Positions 1 through 13,210 of a stretch of DNA of 64,000 nucleotides are shown piece by piece. This stretch comes from Chrysomallon squamiferum (Eukaryota > Animalia > Mollusca). A program made the translations under genes and the position numbers. Under the pieces are notes generated by a model. It had not been told where the DNA came from. It searched no databases and saw nothing but the letters and a program-made list of their open reading frames with translations. The stretch is taken from positions 17,608,001 to 17,672,000 of the forward strand of contig CM022679.1 in assembly GCA_012295275.1 (NCBI GenBank). The letters run 5' to 3'. The stretch's first letter is position 1. Every line of letters starts with the position of its first letter.

Positions 1-64
1 TATGAACTTTTCTAGAGTTATATAAAACAATAAACGTCCTTCAAACAGGTTAATGAAGCATTAC

Positions 65-2270
65 TTGATTTTTTGAAAGTTGTCTTCGAATTTGGGGAAA
101 AAGACGTCAGCGGGAAAGTCTCCAAAAATTCTTGTTAAATAGATTCTGTTGCATCCATGGTGCTTCAAGGCAATCTGCACGTATTACATTTCATAGGTTA
201 GAAAATGTATTTGTGTATATTTTAAGACAGAGAAACTAATAAATATATTTGCAAATATTACAAATAAGGCAGGCAATATAAAGAATAGTACTTGATAAGA
301 TAATAATATCTGGAGAATGAAAATAACACATCTTTATTAATTACAAATACTGACAGCTCGAATGTCGCACTAAAGAGAATTTGTCTCTTGGAGAATGGAA
401 CGTTTCTAAATTAGATAAAAATATTGAAGATTTGAATACATTCTATTTCAAATAATAATAGCAATAACATTAGAAGCTTGCTTTAAATGGGATTATTTAT
501 ATGTGTGTGTGTGTGTTACTTCATAATTCTTGGCACCACCCATTATCCATATGTGTTCTATCTGTTCACGGACAGTCATCAGATACTCCATAGCATCATC
601 AAAAGTAGAGCATACTTTGTGTATTGTTGGATGGTGTCCATCCCTTGAAAACAAAATACAACATTAAAGTCAATGGTATTTATAGCAAGATATAATGAAA
701 TCTATGTTAGTACACGTTTTGTCAGTAATTATGTAAACAATACTTCACTCGGAAATGTTAAACAAAAATGGAAAAGAAAACAACAACAACAAAATAATAA
801 ATAAATAAATAAAACAAAATAATACCAAAAAGACAGCATTATCAGTTATGGCATTTTGCCAGTGTGTTATGTTTTTACTTTAGTTCATTTACAGTTTTTT
901 ATTTATTAATCATCAACAATGGGTATAATGAATTAAATGAAATTGGTTGTGAAAATTTAAAACAATAATCATGATTACTGTAAATTTTTGATACAAAAGT
1001 ATATAAATTTCTAAAATACTTTCCTTTATGATTATAAACATGTAGAATCCTTTCTAACTCCCTTTCCCTGTTATGTATAATATATACTGATATAGTTACA
1101 GCTTCAAATGTTTATCTCATTTATATTGAGACGGTCACAAATGAACATGTTAACTTCTGTTTTAACTATGGTTTAAAAGTGTATCAGTTATCTTTGAGTA
1201 TGTAAATGTTACTGATAGCTGCAGATAAAATATTACTATTTTTTGACACAGGTTATATACTTGATCGGCAAACCTCTCTGCCCACCAATTCACTCTTTGT
1301 ATGTAAATGCTTTCTTTCATAATGTACACACTTTATAGATGACCCCTGTTTACAGCGATGAGCGACTGATAATGCTGTCCTAAAAAATTATAGAGATTGT
1401 TTACAGAATTCAGTCACACACCACTAATTATAATCTTGACAAATTACATGCGCACACCTGCAAACAGACACACCTACCAATACACCATTATATGTTATTT
1501 GCCTGAATCCAGACTTATCACTGATCACATTAAACTGTGTATACGTACTGCAGCCTGGAACTAATAATGATGTTATGTAATCCTGGTGTTTGTCTCTCCT
1601 CCTCGTACCAATATTCCCATGTTCTTCTTCCCAGAATGAATGCTATAGACTTTCCTTCAAATAATTATGTAATCATGAAGTTATCATTAACAGTAATAAT
1701 AATATCAAAATATCCTTGCAATTAAAATCAGACTGGTGTATCAATTTTTGTATTAGTGTAAATACCCACTGAACTGTCTGGAAATCAAGTGAATAATATT
1801 TATTTATTTTTCTTCTTCTTATAACAAGAAGAAGATGAAGAAGAACAACAACAACAACACTAATATATATACATACACACACAAATACAAATGTGTATAT
1901 AAATATATCATTGTGTAATTTGTTATAGAATCGAGTGTACGCTATTTTACATGTAGTTAACAGAACACGTAGCTACATACTAAACACACACATATGCATA
2001 TTTATAAACACGACTATAAAAAATACTAATAACATTTTGGAATTTTTTAAAACAAGACGTTTTTAAAACAAACCTTTACCTAGAACCACATTTAAAATTT
2101 GTATAACTTATATTAACACTTACTTTGATTTCTTCTTGTCATGGTCAGTTTTTTATAATGATCATGGTCACCCCTGAAATTAACATGAAGAAATAGCCAA
2201 AATGTTTTCTATACTTTCAGTGCTTTTTGTTTTTTAAAGGCGATAAACATCATTATCTGTATTATTTTTC

Positions 2271-2339
<69 letters not shown>

Positions 2340-2535
2340 ACGTTTATCGTAAATTGGCAGTATAAAATGAACATCCATCTGAACCATCGGAGATCTGTTC
2401 TCATCACTGATTACCATAATATAACACTCACTTCAAATACGGCCAAGGAAAATAACCATTAAGCCCAATCCCTCGGTTAGAGTGACACATCGCCACACAA
2501 ACATCAAATCGTATATTTTTCTCCTCACCATCCAT
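65..2535 (-). CDS. DHFR: Divergent dihydrofolate reductase-like protein, exons 1-5 (last exon lies outside the window)
   Basis: Hand-spliced exons, all GT-AG: 2535-2432, 2173-2124, 1654-1549, 643-520, 174-65. Translation: MDGEEKNIRFDVCVAMCHSNRGIGLNGYFPWPYLK|GDHDHYKKLTMTRRNQR|KSIAFILGRRTWEYWYEEERQTPGLHNIIISSRLQ|DGHHPTIHKVCSTFDDAMEYLMTVREQIEHIWIMGGAKNYE|IALKHHGCNRIYLTRIFGDFPADVFFPKFEDNFQKI. It has the DHFR motifs GIGxNGxxPW, GRRTW, WIxGG, YLTRI and DxFFP. Intron phases and the 50-nt and 106-nt exons match vertebrate DHFR. The frame is open throughout. Family assignment is firm; orthology to canonical DHFR is doubtful. Confidence 0.93.
2274..2338. repeat. Compound (GT)n(GA)n microsatellite in DHFR-like intron 1
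   Basis: Directly visible dinucleotide run. Confidence 0.95.
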
Positions 2536-3513
2536 AATAACGCCAATCTGCTTTCAATCAAATTTTCCGTCACGTGTAATCAATATGCGGGTCAATGATA
2601 AAATTTGAAGACAATTATTTTTATATTAATGTAAAAGTTATTTCCCCTGGGATATCTGCCATGACAGAGAACTATGTCAACGAAATAAATGTCACATTTA
2701 ATAATTATAGATTATGGTTGATATCATTATTACTATTACTTTTTTTTTTTTTTAACTTACAAAGTAATTGTTTTATAACCTAATTACAAAAGTTGGTTAT
2801 TATAAATTCTTTAGTGTCAGCAAAATATTTATAAAATCTACTATGTGGACGGTTTCAGCATGTGAAATAACGAGACATTTTATATATTGTTTATTTATTT
2901 ATTTTTAAATTGTTAAATAGGCCTTTATTATTCCAGTTTAAATTTCTTTTTCTAAAGTGATATCACAAAAATATAGACTACACGCATTTCCTCATTTATA
3001 TTTTTTAAATTTATTTTATATTATTGCATATTTTTTATTTTCATCCATATTAGAAAGGGTTGGTGTGAAGAATTAAAAAAAATAAAAAATAAAAAATGAA
3101 TCTGTAAGTCCTTATCTATACAAAATGCGAACGAAACTTTCTGCTTAATGAGTCAGGTCACTCTGGCCCACTCAATTACAAAGTTTTAATTTAAAAATTC
3201 GTCTAAGCCGATTTTATTTACAATTTCAGTATCATTAACTAACTGTAAAGCAAGTCTCGGGCGGTTTCATGAAATGTATCGATCCACTATGCAATATTTT
3301 AAAACTTGATTGATCAAATGCGAAGGACAGATCTGCACAAGGACGAGAGCGATCGTAATTTTGTTTATGATATTTGTACCCACCATAACTGATATTTTGG
3401 CTTTTAGGAGTCTATTAATTTTGATAAATGAGATCTAATTTACTGTTGAAACATTAAACATAGAAATATGTCAGCATAAATAAATTCCCTTCTCGTACTC
3501 TCCCATCTACTGA

Positions 3514-3713
3514 GCACGCCCTTGTATCTTATCGGGAGAAATGTCAATCATATCTCTCCCCATGAACTCATTTTTAAGACACTTCCTCCGACTGGCACCA
3601 GCTTCTGTTTGTTACGTTTATTTTTCATTCCCTTCTGATGCACTCCGATCTGCTCTGCACGCCCCTAAATCTTATTGGGAGTAATGTCAATCATATCTCT
3701 CCCTATGAATTCA
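3514..3713. repeat. Two ~57-bp direct repeats (3514-3570, 3657-3713), each with an internal GGGAG...CTCCC inverted repeat
   Basis: gcacgcccttgtatcttatcgggagaaatgtcaatcatatctctccccatgaactca versus gcacgcccctaaatcttattgggagtaatgtcaatcatatctctccctatgaattca. Confidence 0.85.
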
Positions 3714-4329
3714 ATTACATGACCCTTCTACTAACTTTAGTTTGTTATATATTTATTTAATTGGATTCGTTAATTTTTCAGATTTGAAAAGTGGAGATGT
3801 TCTGTCAATTATCAAACGTAATAATAGGGGCTTTCCAGTATTTAAGAAAGTAGACAGAAAATATATTTTGCTGCTAACCGATATGAATATCCCACAGAAT
3901 GGCAGGAACAACATTTTTACCTCATTTAGTTACTATGAAAGAAATACTCTCTAGGATCGTTAGTATTAAGATGTACTAAAGTATAGTATTCATTCTTTCT
4001 TTCTTTTCTTGATATATGTATATGTTTTATATGTTTTCGGGCATACAGAATTTAATGCAGCTATATATTCCAAAAATAAGAACACACAATTTTATTTTTT
4101 TAATAAAATCAGATTTAAATCCTTTTGGCCTTTTAATAGACTGTGTATGTTATCATGTTTGCTTTAGACTAATAAGTAATAGGTAAATAAAAAATATATA
4201 ATTATTGAAGTGTATATTATTTATTACTGGTTCAGTCAATCTGAACATTATATAAGCTGTTATATGTAAAAGCTATTAGAATGATTTGGAATTGGATTGT
4301 TCAACTAACAGTCGGTTCTCAAACAAAAA

Positions 4330-5972
4330 GCATTTGTATTGCATAAAATCTGATCGCGACAAGCACAGAACATCATTTAAGACAGACTGACACGCTTGCA
4401 ACCACATCTGAAAGAACGACAAGGTAATAGTGCAGAAACAATACGATATAACGGACAGTTAAATATAATATGGACGATGATAACGAGCATCTTAGGCACT
4501 GGTACGGAATTGCTTCAGTCCTTCTGTTAATGATTTCACCTATATTGCTGATTTCAGTTACAGTTATGTTTTGGTATGTGATGATAAGTTTGTGATTCTG
4601 TATATGGTCTCGACAGAACGACACGACTGATATGAGATCATTGCAGGTTATATCAACGAGCTGCTTCTTGTTTTCAGAGACAGTCAGGATTACTTTCTGC
4701 GACGGTAGCTTCATAGTTACTTTCAGCTACAGAAAGAACTCTGATTGTTTCAGTGTTCCTTAATTTCTTGTGACATCGTTTGTGTTGTATTCATAGTATT
4801 GATCAAAAACCAGCTTCCTCTCAGTATGTTCTCTGATTTGGAAAAGTAGGTTTATATTGTACTGAAAGATAATATAGGTTTATACTGTATCACCTAAAGG
4901 AGAGCAGAGCCACTGATGACTGTGGTATCAGTGTTTAGTGCGTTTATGGATGAGCACTCGACTTTCAGTTGATTCTTTATCTCTGATAATAACTTCAGGG
5001 GAACTTGCCAGAATATTACTTTTCTCGAATAGATAACGCTGTGTCAGACATTTTTTTCACCAGTGTTTACCTTTTTCTTCATTACTGCTGTGGTAGAGAT
5101 ATTTTCATGGAAATGCTCCGGCCAGGTCTTTTTGAACTCATACATCTGTTCTCTTCCATCCAGAAGAAAATCGTGCACACTGCCTGTAGTAGTACCGACG
5201 CGGCCCTTGACAATGCTCACCATGGCTTCAGGATGACTCATTAGATCAAGAGAATCGATCCTCATCTCTTGTGTTTCTGCCTTTTCTTTCCTCTCACTGG
5301 AAATCCTAGCTTGTGCTTCCTATTTACAGATTATCTCCACCATCATCGACCATTTCATTGAGGTTGGACTTCCCGAAGATGTGAAGACTTAAGGCTCATG
5401 TTTTGAGTGTTGCGTGAAAGGAAATAAGGGAACATTTAAGTGAGTTAAAGTTCTTCGAATGAAGCTAAAGGGTCGTCTTGCAAATGACAAGAAAAATCAA
5501 AACTTATTTGATTAAATATAAACATAACTATTTGAGAAAGCAGAAGAAATGACAAGAATAGGTTAAGAAACTAAGCATTTAAAATACAATAACGGCATAG
5601 TTAAGGCTTCCTCTCGAGGACATGTGTTTTCTGCAATGGATAAAATATGGTGACCATCTTTATTTTTTTTTTGCATTTTATCAGGAAAAAATCATAGCTG
5701 AACTCGATCTTTTATATCTGAAAACGTATAACACGACCTTTAATTTGTGTTTCTGTCTTGTCTAGTAATCCTAATAAAATTTCTCGGATTCGATGGCGGC
5801 CATCTTGGATACATACATATTTGGGTAATTGAAACAGCAATAAATATTATACCAATTAATTACTTATTATTTACCTTTTAGCTATAGCTAATACGTAACA
5901 TGATAACATATATTAGTGCTTTAGACGCCAAAACGAGGTTAAGCACAAATATGGCATTTGTCTGCCGGACTA
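4330..5972 (-). mobile_element. Degenerate DNA transposon relic, probably Academ-like (XPG/PIN-like transposase fragments)
   Basis: Broken minus-strand frames give GREQMYEFKKTWPEHFHENI, VISGSALL*VI, VFDQYYEYNTNDVTR, LPSQKVILTVSENKKQLV and VLFLHYY, in the order seen in a common invertebrate transposase family. There are stops and frameshifts. Subterminal ATGGCGGCCATCTTGG-type motifs occur at ~5645 and ~5795, and a likely terminus TAGTCCGGCAGAC starts at 5972. Superfamily is inferred; the left boundary is approximate. Confidence 0.6.

Positions 5973-5974
<2 letters not shown>

Positions 5975-6016
<42 letters not shown>
5975..6016. repeat. (GT)n microsatellite
   Basis: Directly visible. Confidence 0.95.
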
Positions 6017-6019
<3 letters not shown>

Positions 6020-7489
6020 GTATAAAATAATACAAGTAATGTATGTCTGCGAGTGTGTCTGTACACATATATGCATTATATATTTAAACACATGCTGATT
6101 TATTATTAAAAAATAGAAATTCAATTATTAAAAGTTTTAGTTTTCATTGTATTGTTTATTTTTAATTATTAGTAATATAAAATCAATTCGGATACTGAAA
6201 TATATGTTTATTACATAAACAGCCTTATGGTACGTTGTTTAATATTTACAATATGCGTGAGTCAGTGTATATTATGTTTTATGTACGAGTATATACGATG
6301 TTTGTGTGCACATGTGAAGAAACTCTTGCAAATAATTATATATGGAGATGACAGTTATTATTATTCATCTGTCTGCTTATTTCTATTTTTTTACTAATAT
6401 AAAATTTCTATTACAGTATTCGTCATGTAACTTGCGTGTTTTTAATGCTGATTTATAAAATACTTTTGTTTATATATTTTTCAAACAGTACATGCAACAT
6501 TAATGAATTAAAATAAAAAGGTATTTCAAGTGACTCATCTCTGAGGTACTGCGTGTTACTGCGCTATATTTGTTTCAAGGTCACAACAAAGATCCACATA
6601 TCACTAACAGTCATCGATTCATGGCGAAAAAGGTCATTTAAGTTCAACCATGTAGTTTGTAAAGTTTTCTGATACCATTTTAAGTCGAATCCTGAAATAT
6701 TATTTATGAAGTTAATACAGATAATTATTCAGTTCATTCATGTTCATTTTAAATGTTAAATAAAAATAATATCTTAATATAATACGTCAGCTTAGTAAGG
6801 GCAGGTCCTTTCTTAAATATTCAGAAAATCAAAACGTTTTTGTTCTCTTTAAATGTGTTTACATGTTTAGTTAATGATGAAAAATTTGAGATATTTTTTT
6901 CTCTGAATGAAATGTCGTGTTGTTTACAAGCAGTGGAGTAGTGTGTTGTTAAAAACAATTATTGTTTTACGAGATGAGTGGCTAGTTGCAGGTTTTACAA
7001 TAATACCACTTTAAGTTTTTTGTGTATTATGTTATTGTTATAAGTGTGCAGTATATGTATTGGAATCTCAGTTATACATCCCTTTATTTTGCTATCATTC
7101 CGTCAAAATAATTAATACTAACATCTTATATACTGAGGATTCTCCGGTCGCCGCAATAATTGAAATTGTAAACGTACTTTAAACATATCGCTCTTGGCAA
7201 CAGTTATGTATAGTTCATTTTTGGTCTCTAATTTGTTCAGAGCACCACTAATATCAACAACTGGATCGCCCCTGAGTTTTCGATCGGTTAAAACCTGTGT
7301 AAATAAATGCTTGTCCCACACTCTTTCTGGTTTAAACGAGTTCGTTCTGCATTCTGCTAGTTAGTGTTGTCATAAACTACATAAATCGGTCATTGCTGTC
7401 TGCGTGTTGCATTCATCCACTGACTGACGTTAACACCCAAACAGGCGGCTTCAAAACTCACACTAAAACATCAACGATATATCTGATAT

Positions 7490-9718
7490 ATGGCTACAGG
7501 AAAGCTGTTTAGAAACGTATTAGGAAAGAGCGTAACACCAATCAAAACTCCACGTAAGTAATAAACAAAAAAGTTATTTTATCTGTTCCTGAATTTATCT
7601 TTTACTCCATCATAACATTTGTTTATGAATTTTAACCCTTTTGGTTATTGTGAGTGCATCTTTACAGAAAATACACCTTCTCACTTGCTGTTGACTGTTA
7701 TTTGTTCGAAAATGGCAGAGAGTAGGCTTGGTATATCATCTCTATAATTTTAATGAATTTTATTTGAGCTAAATAGATAAATAAATAAATAAATAAATAA
7801 ATAGTAATAATAAACCAATAAATATAATTTTTTATTATCTAACGTTAATAGTTCTTTAATTCTGATTTAATATAGATATTATCTTTATCAAAGGCTCTAA
7901 AATACCTACCTGCCTGTTGGCATGTAATCATAAATACAGAAGTTTCTCGTATCTGTTTTGTTAACAGCTGTGACCTAACCCAGACCCAGTGACGCCTACA
8001 CAGCGAAAAATCCCATTGATTTTTAAATATCTGATACCAGTAGTAAATAAAATAAATGGTTTCAACTGTTAGTACTGCTTCTGCTCGACAATAAAGCTAC
8101 TAATGCTACAGTTAACTATTATCGACAGTCGAAATAATAAAAACATTACCAGTAAAAACAATAGTAGTAATAATAGTAGTTGTGATAGTAATAACGTCAT
8201 AATTTATTTTTCAGAACCGTCGGGGAATAAGGCAACAGCGGCAGCGGCTGTTGCCCACGACAGACCCTTAACCGTAAGTGAACCTTCCGGACCGAAGTTG
8301 ATAACGTCTGTACCTGGACCTAAAACTAAGCAACTCAAAGAACGTTTAAACGGCATTCAGGTACTTGTAATACTATATCGTATTCCTTGTGGACACGATA
8401 ATAGCTTGTTACAGCTGGTTGCCCACTCGGGACGTGTCAGGTTTTCTAAAGTTTATGTAAGTGCACTGAACTTATGCAATTTGAACCTAATTCAAGACAG
8501 CTGAATCAGTAACTGCTTACTTAAAAACAGGTATTGCACGACAAATTTTAGCCGATATAGTTCTGCCTTGCTTAATATAACCGGTTGATGTAGTCGTAAC
8601 TATACTGTTTTCCTCTCTAAAGGTAAATCATGTAAAATCACAGACAAGGCGTACAGGCGGTGTTATATCACCTCTAAGTTTTATTTATTGTTTCTACTAT
8701 GAGAAAAAACAACAACAAAAAACCCCAGCTATTTAAACTAGAAATTGTTATTCTCCTTCCTTTTTCGAAGTAATATATTTTACTAGGAATATCTTTTATT
8801 ACTGCAATTTCAGAATACAGAAGCTATCACGTTTTTTGTTGACTATGACGAAAGCCGAGGAAACTACGTCGTGGATGTCGATGGCAACATTCTGCTGGAT
8901 ATGTACAATCAAATAGCATCACTACCTCTAGGTGTGTTGTCTACTCGTCTTTTTTGTCTTTTTTTTATTTTTACACGTTAGTACTTTAATTGCTGTATGC
9001 AGTACTTTTGGTGCTGTTAACTGTTTAAAAGCCAAAGAACATAAATATAGTCGTTAAAAACGGCAGGTTTAAATAAAAATATCTGTCGACATTTTCACGT
9101 TTTATTTTCAGGGCTAGATTAAGGTAGTGTAAGGTCTGTAGCATATATTGCAAACTCTAAAATAAACTACTGAAGCATCCACAAGCGTTCTCATCATTAC
9201 CCATTCCCACAGCAATCTCTCGCACTACACCAGTTTTATATGACAATACAGACAAACATGTAACTCAGTAAACTTAAAGTTGATCGAAATTATTTATTTG
9301 TATCGTATTTATTAATGATTACATAATAGATATCCGTAGCACCTACACTGTGTAGCCAACAACGTTGCCAGATTGTAAGATGCCGATTTCACCAGACATT
9401 TTGCGAGTATTGAGTGTGAGGTCCGTTGCATTGGACTACCGTAATATATGGCTACTTTGGATACTAGCTTAATCCGGCTCTGACTATTTTGAAATAAATG
9501 AGTGATGTTAAAATTAAAATTTGTAATTGGTTCATTTTCATGACAGGCTACAGTCACCCTAGTCTGATCAAAGCCATGAATGATCCTAACAACATGGTAA
9601 GTAATAAAACATACAAAATAGACCAGCCTCTGTCATACAAGGTAAACACTGAAAACAGAAAATATTATTATGAAATTCTCATGTTACTATCGTTAATATT
9701 GAAAGTGAAAATAATTTA

Positions 9719-9768
<50 letters not shown>

Positions 9769-12700
9769 GCACACTTACAAACACATACATACCTATATAC
9801 ATATTACATACATAAATATATAGAGACTTTCAGAGAGAGAGAGCGAGCGACAACACCTCCTCCCCTCAAAAAAAAACAACACCTGGACATTTTTATAAAA
9901 TAAAAAAAAAATAAACATAACGATATAAAATTACTTAAATTATTTTATGACTTCTTTTTTCTTTTGTAGTCTGCATTCATAAATCGTCCTGCTCTCGGTG
10001 TCCATCCACCAGGAAACTGGCCAGATAAGTTGTATTCAACACTGCTACAAGTAAGTGACTTCTGTTATTAGATTTACTTAACTATTAACGTTATAGTTTA
10101 GTAAATAATGAAATGGGATCTAAAATGAAGTGATAATCCTGTAGCTGGCAAACGGAATACTCATTAATAATGCAGTATCTATATTTTTGAAAAAGTCACC
10201 AAAAAGCCCGCACCCAAACATGTGAGCCAAAATTAATTGCTGGTTATAACGTTCATGACGGCTTTCATTATAGACAAAACTAGTATAACAAGGAAATGAA
10301 GCGCACGGGTTCAAAACAAAATCACAAAAATTTGTCGGTATCAAAACATGGTTTCAAAATACTTTATAAATAATAATAATAAAAAATTAATAACCGGGCA
10401 CAAGTGTTTAAAACTATTTTAAACATTATATGCCATTGAAAATATTTAGAACACAACTGTGACAGTGTCACCGTTTCTTTTTTTAATTAATTTCTATTAA
10501 TAATTGCACTATTTAGTCGCATTGTTAATTTTATGGATATTTTGTAACTATTAATTTTCTCTTTATTGGTTTATTGGTTTTTCTTTTACTTATTATTTAC
10601 ATGTTCATTCTGCTTTGTTGCATTAGTTTACATAAAAACAACACGGGATGTTCATTAAAAAGTCTGAATAATTTTGTTTGTGCAACGAAATAAGCAACAG
10701 GACAAACGTAATGTACAAATATCTCCGTATGAATTCCTTTTATTAACAAATAACGTTAAAAAAAATATATAAAAGAATGAAGGCTATGTATGCTCTATGA
10801 ATGTCAATATATTTCTTTTTCTTAAAATGTTGGTAATACAATCGTTAGCTTTTATCAGTCAGTCATCAGATTTTTTCTCAAATTTTTCATTAATTCTTAG
10901 AAATAAAATTGCTATAACCAAAATTTTTGATATTCTGGAATATATTAAATTATTCAGACCTTTTACTGACATTCTGAGGACGTAAAAACTTCATAAGACG
11001 CTAGTAATTTATATGATACTCGAATAAGCTTGTCGGTTGCATCTCTGCATGTTTACGAGTTGCAAGGACAAGCAAAAGAGCTTGCGGCTTGACACGGCCG
11101 GTAACTCTTCATCGTTTCGCTGTCTAATCCGACAATTCTTTTTCAGGTATAAACCTCCAAATCAGCAGTCGACCTGTTCCACTTAACTGAGGTTGTATTC
11201 GTCTCAGGAAATTTTAAATTATAAACTAGAGATCTCCCTTATTAGAAATTAAAAAAGACAAAAGTTAAAAATCAAAAACGAAAACTAACACAAAATGGAG
11301 AAATAAGAAGGAAAAAAAGCGTTTTTGTTGGCTTTAAACATAATGCACCATGTAGCTAAAGATAATATTAGAAATAGAATAGATATTTTCAGTGTGTATT
11401 ATACTTGTTCGTTTTTTTTTTTTTTTTTTGTGTGTGTGTGTTTGTATGCATTGTAAAAAGAACAGGTCATTGTTTGTTACCATGGGTAGTAACTGAAATA
11501 AACGTGCCGATATTGTACTTCGTTATTGTTTTCACATTTATTATTGTTTTAACAATCTACATATGTGAATAAAACAGGTTTTGGTTCAGCTGGAAATGAA
11601 AAGATTTAACTCTACTAATTTTTATTTACATTAAATTATTAAATCCTGTTAAGTTGAAAATTATTATCATTTAAATGTTAAATTTGTTTGTTTTATTGTT
11701 GCAAAAATACATTCATAATTCTAAATCCAGACTCTGGATGAAAGCAGTAGAACACAACATAATATTCTGTATTTGTTTTTATCTTTCTGAGTATTATAAA
11801 AACTAAATTTCACTGATGTCATTTTTATATTAATTATAGGTAGCACCAAAAGGTCTTCATGAAGTAATGACTATGGCCTGTGGCGCGTGTTCTGTTGAAA
11901 ACGGACAAAAAGTGTTGTTCATTGCTTACAGAGTAAGTCACTGATCAATTCTTATGGCTGCGTGATACACTAGTTTTAGTTTCTCATTTTTTTTAGTTAT
12001 AAAATCATCATCAGAGGCAAATTAGGATTTCGGTAAAAAAGATAATGATATAATTAGTTTGATAAATGATGTCTTCGTATATTACAGGTATATTTCTTTT
12101 CATTTAATTACGATTTACCAAAAAGCCGGTATGTTTTGTTTTATTTCTAGAACCGACAACGAGGCGATAGTCCTGCCACAGAGGAGGAAATGTCGTCATG
12201 CGTGGAAAACAGAGAACCTGGTTGTCCGCCTCTCACGTTTCTTGGATTCAAAGGTGCATTTCACGGAAGATCTATTGGTACGTACTCACTATTTCGTCAT
12301 TATAATTTCAATTCCTGCATCAACATAAATGACAAAAAAAGAAGAAAAGAAAGTGACTACAATAAAACATATTTGTATTAAATTATTTATTATTTAGGTT
12401 TGTTTTTATTTATTTATTATAATGTTTTTAAAACCAGAACAACAAAAAAAAAAAAAAAAAAAAAACAACAACATATTCAGCACAAAACTAAATTTGAAAA
12501 GCATTTTGCTTAGCTTTATTTAAAAATAAAATAAAGGTTAGAAAGTTGATGTTGTAAGTACAGATTACGTTATAAAACTATTCATGTGCCTATTTAGAGA
12601 TATCCAAAAATAAATCAATAAATGAATAAATAGTGTTCTTCTTTTGGAGTATCTAAAAAAGCAATTTTTAAAACTTACAAGGTAATAGTAAATAATGAGT

Positions 12701-13163
12701 GAGTGAATGAATGAATAAATAAATGAACGATTAAATTTAAATTCCATTTTGTATTTCAGTTAAAAATTAAAAACAACAACAACAAATCAGCAAATAAGCT
12801 ATATATATATATATTTGCTTTGGACTTCATTCTGAAATACTGAATATTTTAGGTGCCTTGGCAATCACACACTCACGACCAGTCCACAAACTGGATGTTC
12901 CCCAACCAGACTGGCCAATGGCTCCGTTTCCTAGACTAAAATATCCTTTGGAGGAGTTTATACGCGAAAACAGAGTGGAGGAGGATATGTGTCTCGCAGC
13001 GGTAATGTCATTATTTGATTATAATACAAACTATTCGTTTAGTGTAATGTAAATGAGCATTTTTTATCACCAAACTAATAACATAAAGATGGTTGAAACA
13101 ACTAAAATATGTTAATTAGATCTTTATATTATCATTAAATGTCATATATTATTATTATTATTA

Positions 13164-13210
<47 letters not shown>

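Noticed and set aside
1254-1379. Possible extra or mutually exclusive DHFR exon between exons 3 and 4
   Set aside because: An acceptor-like AG is present, but the translation has no DHFR similarity and the gene is complete without it.
7118-7321. 67-aa minus-strand ORF upstream of ABAT-A
   Set aside because: Non-ATG start, no recognisable domain or splice context; it lies in the probable ABAT-A promoter.
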